Shown one piece after another: positions 35,780-49,442 of a DNA stretch of 64,000 nt. The translations under genes and the position numbers were made by a program. Numbering within the stretch: the first letter of the stretch is position 1; each line of letters starts with the position of its first letter. The notes below the pieces were generated by a model. It was not told the DNA's origin. It saw only the letters and a program-made list of their open reading frames with translations, and ran no database searches. The DNA is from Octopus vulgaris (taxonomy: Eukaryota): contig OX597834.1 of assembly GCA_951406725.2 (NCBI GenBank), forward strand, positions 29,946,001 to 30,010,000, in the 5' to 3' direction.

Positions 35780-38700
35780 ATACCTATCTACCTGTCTGTC
35801 CATCCCTTCAATCCCATTTGCTTATTCATTCATCAATTAGTCATTTGTCTGTGTGTCTGGCCATCTGGCCCCTTTAGTAACCCTTTTCATACCAACTCAT
35901 CTAAAACTGCTCCTAGTTCTGTGATGCGAATGTCTTGCCTCTGAGTGATCTAAATCAAAACCTTCCATTAAAATCCTTTATGAATTTATGTTCCAAACCT
36001 TCAGATTGATAACAACAAACTTATTTTGTTAAATTCTTCGTTACTTTCAAAATTAATTGAAACAAAGGCAGTGTATGCCAGAAATAGGGTAACAAAAGGG
36101 TTAAAGTAATCTGGCAGAAATGTTAGCATGCCGGGCGAAATGCTTTGCGGTATTTCGTCTGCTGTTACGTTCTGAGTTTAAATTCCACCGAGGTCGACTT
36201 TACCTTTCATCCTTTCGGACTCGATAAATTAAGTACCAGTTATGCACTGGGGTCGATGTAATCGACTTAATCCGTGTGCCTGTCCTTGTTTGTCCCCTCT
36301 GTGTTTAGCCCCTTGTGGGTAGTAAAGAAATAGGTAATAAAAGAGTTAATTCATTTTGTATTTTTCCATTCATTATCTGTCTCCCACCACCCACCCATCC
36401 ATCCAAACCCCCACCCATTCGTTCATGCTTTCATTCATTCATCCTTTTCTTCTTTCGTTTATTCATTGCAGCCCAGTCAAATTGGAACGCTGTTCACATT
36501 CCTCGCACGACAGATGGCAAGACACGAAAACACCATCCTGGTGAACCGTGTCCTATTTGAGCAAGTACTAGAGTTCCTGTCGAACCCAGACGAGGCGACA
36601 CGTCATGAAGAGAGACAGCAGGCCATGATGGAGTTATTAATGGTTGGCGGCTTGAGCATATTTAGCGACCAACGTCTTTTACAACTTGCTGAAAATGCCA
36701 AATTGTAAGTTGTTTGCTCTACAACAACAAAACGAAAAATATTTCCTTGAATTTCAGAGTTGTTTGTTATTGTTGGTGGTGCTTGGTGGTGCTGGTGGTG
36801 GTGGTGACTAGCTTCCTCCCACAAGAATTTCTCACCACCACCACTTTTTATTAGCTTGAAGGGCATATATGAGAAGTACAATAATAGTAATAACAATTCT
36901 ATCACATTTTAGCACAAGGCTAGCAATGTTAAGGGATGGGGAGTGTCGATTACATTACCCCCTTCCCCCCAGTAGTTTAGTGAACCATTCTTTATTGGAA
37001 TTCCCACAAGGACAAAAGACAAAGTTGACTTTGGTAGGATTTGAACCTAAATGGCACAGAATCTTCTGCCCAATGCTCTTACTGATTCTGTCGATTCAGT
37101 AGTAATTGCATTATCAGAGAGCCAGAAATTTGGGGGAAGCGAATAGCTGTGTGAGGGATGTATGTATGTATATATATATATATGTGTGTGTGCATATATG
37201 AGTACAGTATGTTATATTTCATGTTGTTTACTGTCCTGCACTCATATATGCATATATATATATATATATGAATGTGGGGTTCACAGAGGCAATGACAGGA
37301 GACCAAGACCTTTGGAAATATACTGATTGAGTATACCTAGCAACTAAAGTGAGATCACAGCCACAGCCGATACCAGTGTTTGACGTCTGGCCCATTTAAA
37401 AGTACCCTTGATGCATCAGGCGATATGATATGCTTGAGAAGACCTGTTGAGTCAAGTAAAGTCAAAATCGTAGCTTTGGCCAGTGCCCCCTGACTGGCTC
37501 CTGTGCTGGTGGCCCATATAAAGCAGTATCCAAATGTGATCGGTGCCAAGACCACCTGACTGGCTCCTGTGCCAGTGGCGCATAAATAGCACCCATTACC
37601 TTCTCAGAGTGGTTGGCATTAAGAAAGGCATCCAGCTGTAGAAACATTGGCAGATCAGATTGGAGCCTGGTCCAGCCACTGGCTTTCTAGACTTCAGTCA
37701 AGCCATCCGACCCATGCCAGCATGGAAAACGGACGTTAAACACTGATGATGATGATGTATATATATATGTATACATATATATATATGTGTGTGTGCATAT
37801 TTATATACATGTATACATAGAATGTACTTATATTTATTTATATGGATGTATATTTATATTCACATATGTATGTGTATATGTCTATAAACACACACACACA
37901 CATTAAGGATTAGAGAGAAGAGAGTTGTTGCCACATTATGTTTGCATTAAGTTCTCCTCCCTTCCTCCTCACCGCATTAACACATAAATGAACCATTATT
38001 TGTAGCTTTTTACTTATCAAACATCTGCAAATATTGCATTTCATGTCTATTTACTAAACATGTGCCTACTCTAGTTTTTATTTTGTATTTTATTTTTTCA
38101 TGCTTAATGAAAATCTTACCATTAACGATTTAAAAAAATTTTTCTTTTTCTTTTCAATTCCAGTTACCGAGTTTGTGAGTTTGTCTATGAGAAGAACCAC
38201 CATTACGACAAAATTCTTGTTTGTCACTTAAAAGACTACACCAGGCGGGTAAGAGATGAAACCTGGATTGCTACTAAAAATATCTGGCATTTTTTAGCTG
38301 TAAATGATTGCTTTATTTTAGGGCAACAGTAGGACTTTCTCTGAAATTTCCTGTTGAATACAGGAACTTGTAGTCTCTTAGGTTATCTTTTCAACTTCAT
38401 TTTCCTTTTTGTGTTGAAACCTCAATAATACTTAATCAAAAGAAGGAGAGTATCAGTGATTCCCTACAACACCACTGACTGTGTGTAATAGTGCAGGGGA
38501 TGTGTGGAGGAACCCCCAACACAACAGTTCCTGCAATGACATAACATATTTTTATATTAAATTATCTTCTTCCAGGAGATTTAGTCCAAATGCTTGTGGC
38601 AGAGTGGACTCTACTCCTTTGACACCAACCTGCCTGAAGCCACCCCTGGTTCTGTGATGGAAATCTCTTGCTTTAAAACAATTTGAATTTAAAATCTGCC

Positions 38701-41700
38701 ATCAAAATATTGCAGACTGCATTATTCAATATGTTTCTCCTTTCTCAAGATGATAAATTAAATTTGTGGGAGATTTGGCTAGATACCAATATTAAGGAGC
38801 TGATTGTATACAGTACATTACAATTCTTCAGAAAAAGGTAAAAAAAGGGGGACAGACGGTAGCAATTAGTCAAAGAAAGGCAGAAATTGCAGTCAATAAT
38901 TCTGAACTTCAAAACTATTCCTGAAAATCATGGGTGTTGCACTGTTTTTTGATTTTATGAATGACTTTGTGCCAAATTCTTACATTTGTGTTTCAGTAAT
39001 TTAACTTTTTTTTTCACTTCACTTTGTTTATTTTTACCATTTTCTCTTCCTCAGCATATGGTATTTCCTTATATTAACCGCATCCTTCATGGAGATGGCT
39101 ATAGTGCTGCTGAGAAGGAGTCTGTTAAAGTTGCTGCTCTTGAGAACTTAATTGTAAGCTTGTTTATTTTCTTTTTTCCTTCTTTCATATTTTTTAAATC
39201 CAGTTCTTCTAAATTATTATTTACATTTCTTAATATTTTTTAGAGAGAATTTGTTTATTAATCTTTAGAAAAAATTGTGAGTTAAATTTGGTGAATAAAA
39301 ACTGTGCTGAGGTCAACTGAGTATAAATATTATATATACATAAAGAGAAAACGAGAGACCACAGCCTTTGTATGACAAGATCCTCCAAGTAGGCAGTTGA
39401 TATGATTTCAGAAGTTACAGGTTGGATGTTGGTTGGAGACTGTGTGTGTTTTTGTGCTTGTAGGATGTGATGTTAAGTGGTGTTGTCTGAACAGGAGTAA
39501 CTGACCTTGTCATTGTGGGGATTGAAAAGTTTATATCTGTGAGTTCTAGATAAATACTTTTTAATTAGTTTCAAGAAGCTTCTAGATATGTTAGTGGAAA
39601 CTTCTAAGATGTATGGGGGATTGAACCAGATTATTTTTCTCCCTCTGACTCTCTTTGGTCTCAGGAGTGAAAGTAGAGGGGTCCTCTATATAAAAGTGAT
39701 GATGATGATGCTTTCTTTTCCAGGATTTAGTGAACATAGACTGTAAGAAAGCAGCCAAAGTAGTCATCTTCAGTTTGTCTTGTAATCTCAGTGATGTGGT
39801 GGAACAACTGAGGAACAAACCAAGAATACTCTATGATTTTTTACAAGGAGTACTTTCATACAAGTGAGTATTTAGTTTCCCATCATTTTTTCTAACCATG
39901 GTAAAGTAGCTCAGATATTGTGGTGTGTATATATTTGTGATGGTTATTGTAGTACATAATGTGACAGTTACTTAGGTGTGTGTATAATGTTATAATAATA
40001 CAGTGTGTATATGTGGTAGCAATTGCAATGTGTTTATAATGTAAATATAATTGTAGTGTGTATATAATGTGACAGATAATGCCACTTAGCTAGAGCTGGC
40101 CTGGGGGATAAATAACAACTACTATTACTACTACTACTACTGATAATAATAATAATAATAATAATCCTTTCTACTAAAGGCATCAAGCTTAAAATTTTGA
40201 AGGAGGAGACTAGTTGATCACATCAGCCCCAGTGCGTAACTGGTACTTATTTCATCAGTCCCAAGAGGACAAAAGGCACAATCAGCCTTGATGGAATATG
40301 ACTTCAGAATGTAAAGATGGATAAAATGCTACTAAACATTTTGCCCAGCCTGATAATGGTTCTGCCTGTTCACCGTTCTATCAATAATAATGATAATCCT
40401 TTCTACTAAAGGCACAAGGCCTGAAATTTTAGGGGAGGGGAGAAATCGATCACACTGACCCCAGGGATTCACTGCTACTTAATTTATTGATTCCAAAAGG
40501 ATGAAAGGCAAAGTCAACCTTGGCAGAATTTGAACTCAAAACATAAAGATGGGTGGAATGCCGTTAAGCATTTTACCTGGCTTGCTAATGAGACTGCCAG
40601 CTCACCACCTTAATAATAATAATGATAATGACAACGACGACGATGTTAAACAGTCATTTGTCCAAATTTGTCCAAATGCATTTTTGTCAATATTTAATTT
40701 TTGCCTGCAATAGCCAGTCCTTTTGGTCAAACTATCATATCTCCAGCTTCTTCAGATGCCAAGATAACAAAAATTCTCTAAGTGTACTAGAATGGTTTAG
40801 CATTTTTCAAAAGTGTAGTAAGTCCCACATATGACAGTTTTGCAAAAAATATTTCCGACTGAAAATATCCTACATGCATGGAGTTACGATGTTATGCACC
40901 CAGCAAAGTATTATTGTTAGGCAGAAACTGTTGCTAATGTAAAAAGAAACAGAATGGTGAAACTATTTTTTTCATTTGCTGAAAAAGCAACGTTTTGGAC
41001 TTAGGACACTTTTGCATAATAGCAACAACTTAATGATTTCTCTCTTGTCTGACTGTTCCAGGGAATCGGTTGGTAACCATGTCAACCCAGACAAGCAAGT
41101 CACCATAGAACCAATCATCTATGAACTCTACATCGACCTCCAGTGCCAGTTCCATACCAGTAATGTGTACAACTTCATCAAGAACGTCGATGGATACCGG
41201 CTAGAGGAAACTCTCAAGGTTGGTCAGTTTGAATGTCCTCAAACTGTTTTGGTCTTCTTTTTCTGTTTTAACATGCTCCATTGTCAATCATTGGCTGTAT
41301 CTCAGCCATAATTATCATTATCATCGTTGTCATAAACTTCAGTATCATCATCATCATAATTATCATTGTCACTATCAGCTTCATGATCATCATCCGCACC
41401 ACCACTGCACTCATCATCATCGACTGACCCCCTAGTAGAATGGTCAGTGTCTTAGACCAAATGCCCTGCAGTGCATATTCTGACTCTCTATGTTCTGTGT
41501 TCAAATCACACTAAGATCAGCTTGGCTCTCAATTTTGTCTTTTACCCCTTCTAGGGGTTTCATAAAGTAATGTACTTTGTGTGTGGTTTCAATCAATTAC
41601 TCCCACCTTAAAAAAACACCAAACTCCAGTGTCTGTGATGCCAGAAATCCTTGTCATTGCTGGTCCAGCATCCTTTGTTCACATGTTATAATTCCGTTCA

Positions 41701-44700
41701 TATCTTGGATGCATTACAAGAATCAGCCCAAGAACTTAATGGTACTTTGTTCTAACCACCACCCCCATCCAAAAAAGATGAAAGGTAAAGTCGACCTGCA
41801 GAGGAATTGAACCCAGAACATAAAGAGTCATGACTAAACATTGCAAGGCATTTTGTGTAAAGTTCTTACAATTCTGCACTCCATCGTCTGCTGTTGTTTC
41901 TGTTGTTATTGTTGCTGTTATCTCTTCACCAGATCATAAACAAATATGACATACCCTGTGCTTCTGCCCACATCTTGGAGAAAATGGGAGATATCCTTGG
42001 AGCATTCAACATAATGTTAGCAGTAAGTATTGGCAATTTTTTTTTTTTTTCTTCATTCTTGCAGTAACCCTATTGATATGAACAAGCATTAGCTTTGAGG
42101 TACAATGGCTTAGTGGTTAGGATGTTGCACTCATTATCGTGAGATTTTGGTTTCAGTTCTTGGACTGGGCAGTGTGTTGTGTTTTTGAGCAAAACACTTC
42201 ATTTCACATTGCCCCAGTCCACTCAATTGGCAAAAATGAGTAATTCTGTGACAGACTGTCGCATCCAAGAGGAAATATATACACCACAGAATCCAAGAAA
42301 CTGGCCTTATGAGCCCATGGCATGGGAAGGACCTTTGCTCTTTTATTATATATATATATATATATGTCATCAGCATCACTCAGGATCATCACAGATTTTG
42401 CATAAGACACATGCCTGCTCAAAGAATTTCATATTTTTTTACTTTATTTCTAGCAGCAAATGGCTTCTTTTTTTGTTTTGTATCTAGTACTATGTCTTTC
42501 TCCATCTCTAAGTTAAGGGTAAAAATAAAGCAACCCTGCAAAACACGACTGTACTTTACACACAGACGCACAGAATAACAGCAATCAAATAACGACAGCA
42601 GAGGGCACAACAAACATCAGTGATCTGACTGTCGACTGTTCTCCTGACAAGAGACACCAGTTAGTTCTTTACACCTGCCAGGCTCGTTTGTATAAGCATG
42701 AGTTGCTGGATAATTTTTTGTTCCTTTAAGAATATTGTAGAACGAAAACTTTTCATAGACTGGAATTTAAATCCCAATCTGTGTGTTCGTGTATAGCAGA
42801 ATTCCTTGTTTCCCATTGGACTTAAGGCCACCCTCTTCTTGTTTGGTGTGGAAGATTTCAGAGCATGATCAAAGTGAAGTTACCACCATATTCCTAAGCA
42901 AATGAATCCCTTTGCTTTACAGTGTCATCCCTAATTCTTCTCCCTCATTTTTTTTATAACAGACTTTGAATAAAAAGGTCCACACATTTACGGATGCAAT
43001 TCTTTCAAAGAAACCAACCAAAGCAGGTTTGTTTAAAAAGTTTTTTATAATAAATCAATGCCAAATCTACAGTTTGTGTGTGTGTGTGTATGTTCTATCG
43101 ACAGGCATCATCATTGTTTAACATCCGTCTTCCATACTGGCATGATGTATACATACATATGTATGTGTGTGTGTGTGTGTCTGCATATATATATATATAT
43201 ATACATATTCTGTTGTGTCTGGGGAGAGTCATTCTCTTTTAGTGCCTTATAATTTAACACACTCACCAGTAAAATTTCCTTCTTTATTTTTCTAAAATTT
43301 TCGTTGCGTCTTGCAACTTTTTCCATAATTTTGACTCTTTCCATTATTCACACTGCATTCCTTTTTGTTGGTTTGTGTGCATATACATGTATATATGCAT
43401 GTAGTGTGTGTGCGTATATGTATGTATGTGTGAACATTTGTATGTATGTATTCTGTATATTCATGCATTTGCGTGTCCGTGTGTGTGTGCCTGTCTCCTT
43501 GTGTGTGTGTTTGTATGAGTTTTTTTGCAATTATGTCCTGTGTTTGTATGTATGGATGTGTATCCATACATACAAACACAGTACGTAGGGGTTTTGATGA
43601 TGACAATGATGATGATGATGCGGTGGAGGAGGCTGATTGCTATCATAGTAAAGATGATGAGGATGATGGTAATGATTGTGACAATGCTGCTGCTGATGAT
43701 GATTTGTGTTCTCTGTTCCATCAATTCTAGAGGCAGTTATTCAGCTCCAAGAAGTTCAAGCCAGTCTGTTAGTGGTGATCCAACTTTGCCAAAGAAACTC
43801 TGGGAAAATGGATGAAGGGAGTCGAGAGGTGAGTCCATCGCTTAAATGATTTTGCTGCCATATTTCTGTTGAAATACACTGACTTTGTTTCAATCAATTT
43901 GGAAACTAATGAGATATTTAATAAAATCATTCATTATTAAGCTAGTTTGGGAAATACAAATTAACATGAAATGTTGATGGGAGGTTTTAAAGCAAGGAAT
44001 TTGAATCGTAAAACTAAGGGGCAGTTTCTGACGGGTTTCTGTCAAAAAGGTTAAGAAAGACTTTGCTCTGTAATTTAAAGAATTCTTTAACATTTTTTGC
44101 TACCATTTTTCTGTTGGAATATTCAGCTTTTGTTCCAATTGATTTCGAATAAGGTATGCAGTAAAATAACTGTCATTATTAAGCTAATTTTTGGAATGTT
44201 GATCAAAAGTTTTAATTTAGATCGCTTTAAGGAAGTTTCTATCATAGCAGGAAGCAGGGGTGGTCATGAGCAGGTTGGTCTCAAAAGGGTTAAACTTCTG
44301 AAAATATTGATAGGAAAAACATTTTGAATATTGTGTTGGCAACATTTTCTGAAATTCTGGTTTTTATTGAAATAGGCCATGTGGTTCCCGTTGTTAGAAT
44401 CTATGATGGCCCCTCAGAGAAAACTTAAAGACTTGGATGACCGAGAAATAATTACAGGTGAGTTGAATTGCTTAAATTCCTTGAAATCTCTGCGGGAAGC
44501 TTACCAAATTGTTAGCTGTGTGGGCAAAAACAAAAGGATCAGTAAATATCCCAAAATAATGGCTGCTTTTATGTTTCTTCTTTAACAGACATTCAGGAGT
44601 TGACTCACCATATTCTCAACAGTATGATGGGATACATAGCTTTGCCTTCTATTTTACAGAAGATTATGCAGGTCAGTGAAGCTTCATGCTAGTTTCCTTT

Positions 44701-46430
44701 TCATTTGATTTTCCCTTTGTGCTTGTATATTTGAATTTGTGTGTGTATACAATGGCTTTGAGGAAGCTATAGGATGTTGCTCAAATGCTGAGCTCTGAGT
44801 GCTCTGCTTCTTATAGCAGAAACAGCTGTCAGCTAATGGAGGCGACTATATGGCTCTTGTTGAGGCGGCGAGCTGGCAGAACCATTAGCACGCTGGGCAA
44901 AATGCGTAGCCATATTTCGTCTGCCGTTACGTTCTGAGTTCAAATTCCGCCGAGGTATACTTTGCCTTTCATCCTTTCGGGTTCGATAAATTAAGTACCA
45001 GTTACGCACTGGGGTCGATGTAATCGACTTAATCCCTTTGTCTGTCCTTGTTTGACCCCTCTATGTTTAGCCCCTTGTGGGTAATAAAGAAACATATATG
45101 GCTCCTGTTCTTTTGTCATTTATTAATTAATATTACACCCTGTACTCTCCTGCTGTACTACAACTGAAACAAATTAAGAATTTTAAATATTAAAGATACT
45201 CCTGTTATGTGCAAGTGTATGAGTCTATAAATAAATAGCAACAGATGCATAATGTGTCAGTTTACTTCAGCTGTTTCCAACGAATTTCTAACTGATTGAA
45301 ATAATTCTTCATTTCTGCCTGTACCTCACTACCCATCTATGCATTCATCTGTCTAGGTTGCATTTTAACTTTGACCCAAAGTTAGTGTATCCTAGACTAC
45401 ATCTACCGAGTCCTTCTCTTAAAAAAAGCCCGAGTAAATGGTAACTTGAAGACATTACTATTATTTCTAGCAGGTTAAGTGCCTGTGTAGAGACTCCCCT
45501 TTCTCAGTCGGTGAAGACGTTTTTGGTTTTGTTTCTTTCCTCTTTGTTGTCCTTCTTAACTTGTGTAGTCTTTCTTATAAAAATGACTCAAAGTGTTTGA
45601 TGTTATTTCTGATTCTTTAAGGACCCAGCATACAACACTGGCAAGTTTGGTGAAGTGAAAGAATTAATCTTGGGAATGTTAGAAACATACAATTATGAAG
45701 AGGTGAGTTCATCTTTTTTCCTTCCTCCTCCACTTCTTTCTTTTTCCCCTTCTTCTTTTATCTTCTTTCTTCTTCCTCTTTTCTTTTTTCCCCCTTTTCT
45801 TGTTTCTTCCTCTTCTCTTCCTCCTTGATGAAGAGAGAGAGAGAGGACACATGCTAGTCTGAACTAGCGCCCTTCATGCATCAGGTGATGTGTGTGTGTT
45901 TCTAAAAAAAAAAAAAAAAAGCAATAACTGCCCTATATATATATACATTGTGTCCCCTCCTTCTTTTCTGACAGACATTGATGAAAACCTGCAAGAACCT
46001 GTTGCATCATGATCTCCACCTGCACCTGAGGCGTCTGAGGTCCGAGGCTGTGAAGGGCTTCATGCCCTGCACCGAACACTGCAGCCTGTGCAACAAGACA
46101 CTGTCCCATGCTGCCGATGCCGACCTCCTACTTATATTCAGGTGAGTCACGCAAATAGAAAGACGGGCCATGCAGGTCTTTCAGTCTCAATTATGGCTGT
46201 TTTGTATCAAGCCTTCTGTTCGTATTACACCATGTAGGGCTCTCTCCCTATATGTATAGGTATGTATACGTTTGTATATATGCATATATATATATATATG
46301 CATATATATATGTATATATATGCATATATATATATATGTATATATGCATATATATGTATATATATGTATATATGCATATATATGTATATATATGTATATA
46401 TGTATATATGCATATATATGTATATATATG

Positions 46431-46472
<42 letters not shown>

Positions 46473-46781
46473 TGTATATATGCATATATATGTATATATG
46501 CATATATATGTATATATATGTATATATGCATATATATGTATATATATATATATGCATATATATATATGCATATATATGTATATATATATATATGTGCATA
46601 TATATATATGCATATATATATATATATATGCATATATATATATATATGTATATATGCATATATATATATATATGTATATATGCATATATATGTATATATG
46701 CATATATATGTATATATGCATATATATGTATATATGCATATATATATATATATGCATATATATATATATATATATATATGC

Positions 46782-46831
<50 letters not shown>

Positions 46832-49410
46832 TTAGAGATAAAACCACTATTATGCAACTCAAATAGTGATAGACATAAACCAATACATAAATAACCAATA
46901 TATATATATAATTAAAAAAATTTTTTTTTTTAAATGTATAACTTATAACTAGATCTCTAAGTATAAAATGAATGATAAATATATAATATAATATGTAAAT
47001 GTATATATTTATTTATTTGCATTTTTGTATTATGTGTTTTATTGTGTTCTGTTTTCTGTCGTTCAAGATGTGGCCATAGTTACCACACGAGCTGCCTGCG
47101 TGGAATTGGTTCGTTACACGTAATTGATGGTGAAGATTATTGGAGCTGTTATTTATGCAGCAACTCAAAGAAAAAAGGTCGTACTCAGAGTACACGTTTC
47201 CACAGAGCCTCAACTTTGAGCTCAGTTGCTGCTCATTCTAGTCAAGGTGGGGCCCTGGCAACACAGTCCAAAGAGGTAAATAGCAACCCTTAACATTTAG
47301 CCATTTTTCTTTCTTTTAAATTTTCAGTTTTTAATTAAATATGATTTAATTTCTGGTGTGTACAATTAAAACAGTATTCTTTATATTCCTTACATTTGTC
47401 AGCAAAAAATACATTTTATAAATACATAAAAAAATTATGCATATATTAAAATTTCTTTACATTTAATAAAACTGAAAACAATTAGGACTGTTTGTAAGTT
47501 TTAGAAAAAATATATAAGGAATTGGTTAATTTAAATTACATATGATACACAGATGGCTATTATAATTTAATGTATTCACACTTTTTATAGGCCAAATTAC
47601 TGGTGTATTTATCCCGAGATAACATGTCTCATTGAATTACTGTGCTAAAAACAACAAATATCAGAGATGAAAATTCATGGAAGAAGCAGCAGCCAGTAAG
47701 AGCACCAGATGCATTCCAAGCTTGAGCATGTGGCTGGTTGTGAGTGTGCAACACTGGAAAACTCCAAAATAGCCTGAAAATGCATTTGGCTCCCTCACTG
47801 GCTGCTGGGAGAAATTTTCATCTCAGAACAAACACTGTAGTAATTGCACCAATCACTATTGGTATTACATCCACTCTCTTTGTTGCCCACAACAACCTGT
47901 GTATTTCCCCCTTCAATCCATCATAGTTGTTCACTTTGCCTTCTTCTTTCTCTTTGATCTTGTTGTCTCCAAGACATGCTATTGGCGATTATCTGATGGT
48001 CACACTGAATCACTGCATTCCACAGGATTTTGCAATCTTCTTTCTCCTTTTCAGATTTGGTCATTCCACATCTTTGATCTTTCTAGACCTTAATTTCCAC
48101 AGAGCTCCCACTTGATCACTCTCGCTACACTGTCATGTCATCTTTTGTATTTACATTTCATGTCATCATCATCATCATTGTTTAACATCCGTTTTCCATG
48201 CTAGCATGGGTTGGACGATTCGATCAGGGTCTGGGAAGCCAGGAGGCTGCACCAGGCTCCAGTCTGATCTGGTAGAGTTTCTACAGCTGGACGCCCTTCC
48301 TAACGCCAACCACTTCAGGAGTGTAGTGGGTGCTTTTTACGTGCCATGATCGGTTGGTGCTTCTTACATGCCATCAGTATGGAAGCCAGTCAAGGCAACG
48401 CTGGCATCGGCCACGTTCGGATAGTGCTTTTTACGTGCTACCGTCACAGGTATCATCATCATCATCGTTTAGCGTCCGCTTTCCATGCTAGCATGGGTTG
48501 GACAGTGCAACTGGGGTCTGGGAAGCCAGAAGGCTGCACCAGGCCCAGTCTGATCTGGCAATGTTTCTACGGCTTGATGCCCTTCCTAACGCCAACCACT
48601 CCATGAGTGTAGTGGGTGCTTTTTACGTGCCACCAGCACAGGTGCCAGACGAGGCTGGCAAACGGCCACAATTGGATGGTGCTTTTTAAGTGCCCACAAC
48701 TACAATTTCCATTTGATTTTTATTTTGATGTTGATGTACTTGACTCATTAAGTCTCCTCAACTATATCCAAACAAAAGCTTATGTCATTATTTATATTCA
48801 CATTGTTATTATTGTTGTTGTTGTTGTTATTATTGCTGCTATTTTTCTCCAGGAATATATTGACCCTCAGCATGCTGAAGCCTTTGAAAATTTACGGAAA
48901 TCCATGAAAACCCCTTCAAGGGTAAGTCTTGTTCTGGCCTCTCATATTTCAGTTAACAATTACAGAACATACAAAATAGGGGTCATGCTGGTGGACAGGG
49001 CGATACAGATTGGAGCAGAGGGAGGTAACAAGAGGGAGTGTAATGCTATAGAGTTAGCAGGTGGTAGGGGCTACTGGGGTGGGGATATAAAACCTCAGAT
49101 AGCAAAGATTAAGTGCATTTGAGACTCACTGCATGTCTCACTACATGGACCCACAATGCTATGGATCAGGGAATCTTGTTTGAGAAGAGCTACATATCTT
49201 TTCTCTTAGCCTGAGACTGTGGCCATGCTGGGGCACTGCTTTGTAGGGTTTAGTTAAACAAATAGACCCCAGGACTTATTCTTTTAAGCTTGCTTTCCTC
49301 GTTTCAATATGCTGTGTAATTATAGTGAAAAATATTGTGTGGTTAGACGATCCAAGGTCTTCTTTCAGCATCTCGGCATAGAAAATTTTTTTCTGTTGCC
49401 CTTATTTATT

Positions 49411-49442
<32 letters not shown>

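Noticed and set aside
45619-47067. AAG acceptors at exons 31 and 33
   Set aside because: Uncommon but canonical AG sites, and the reading frames fit.
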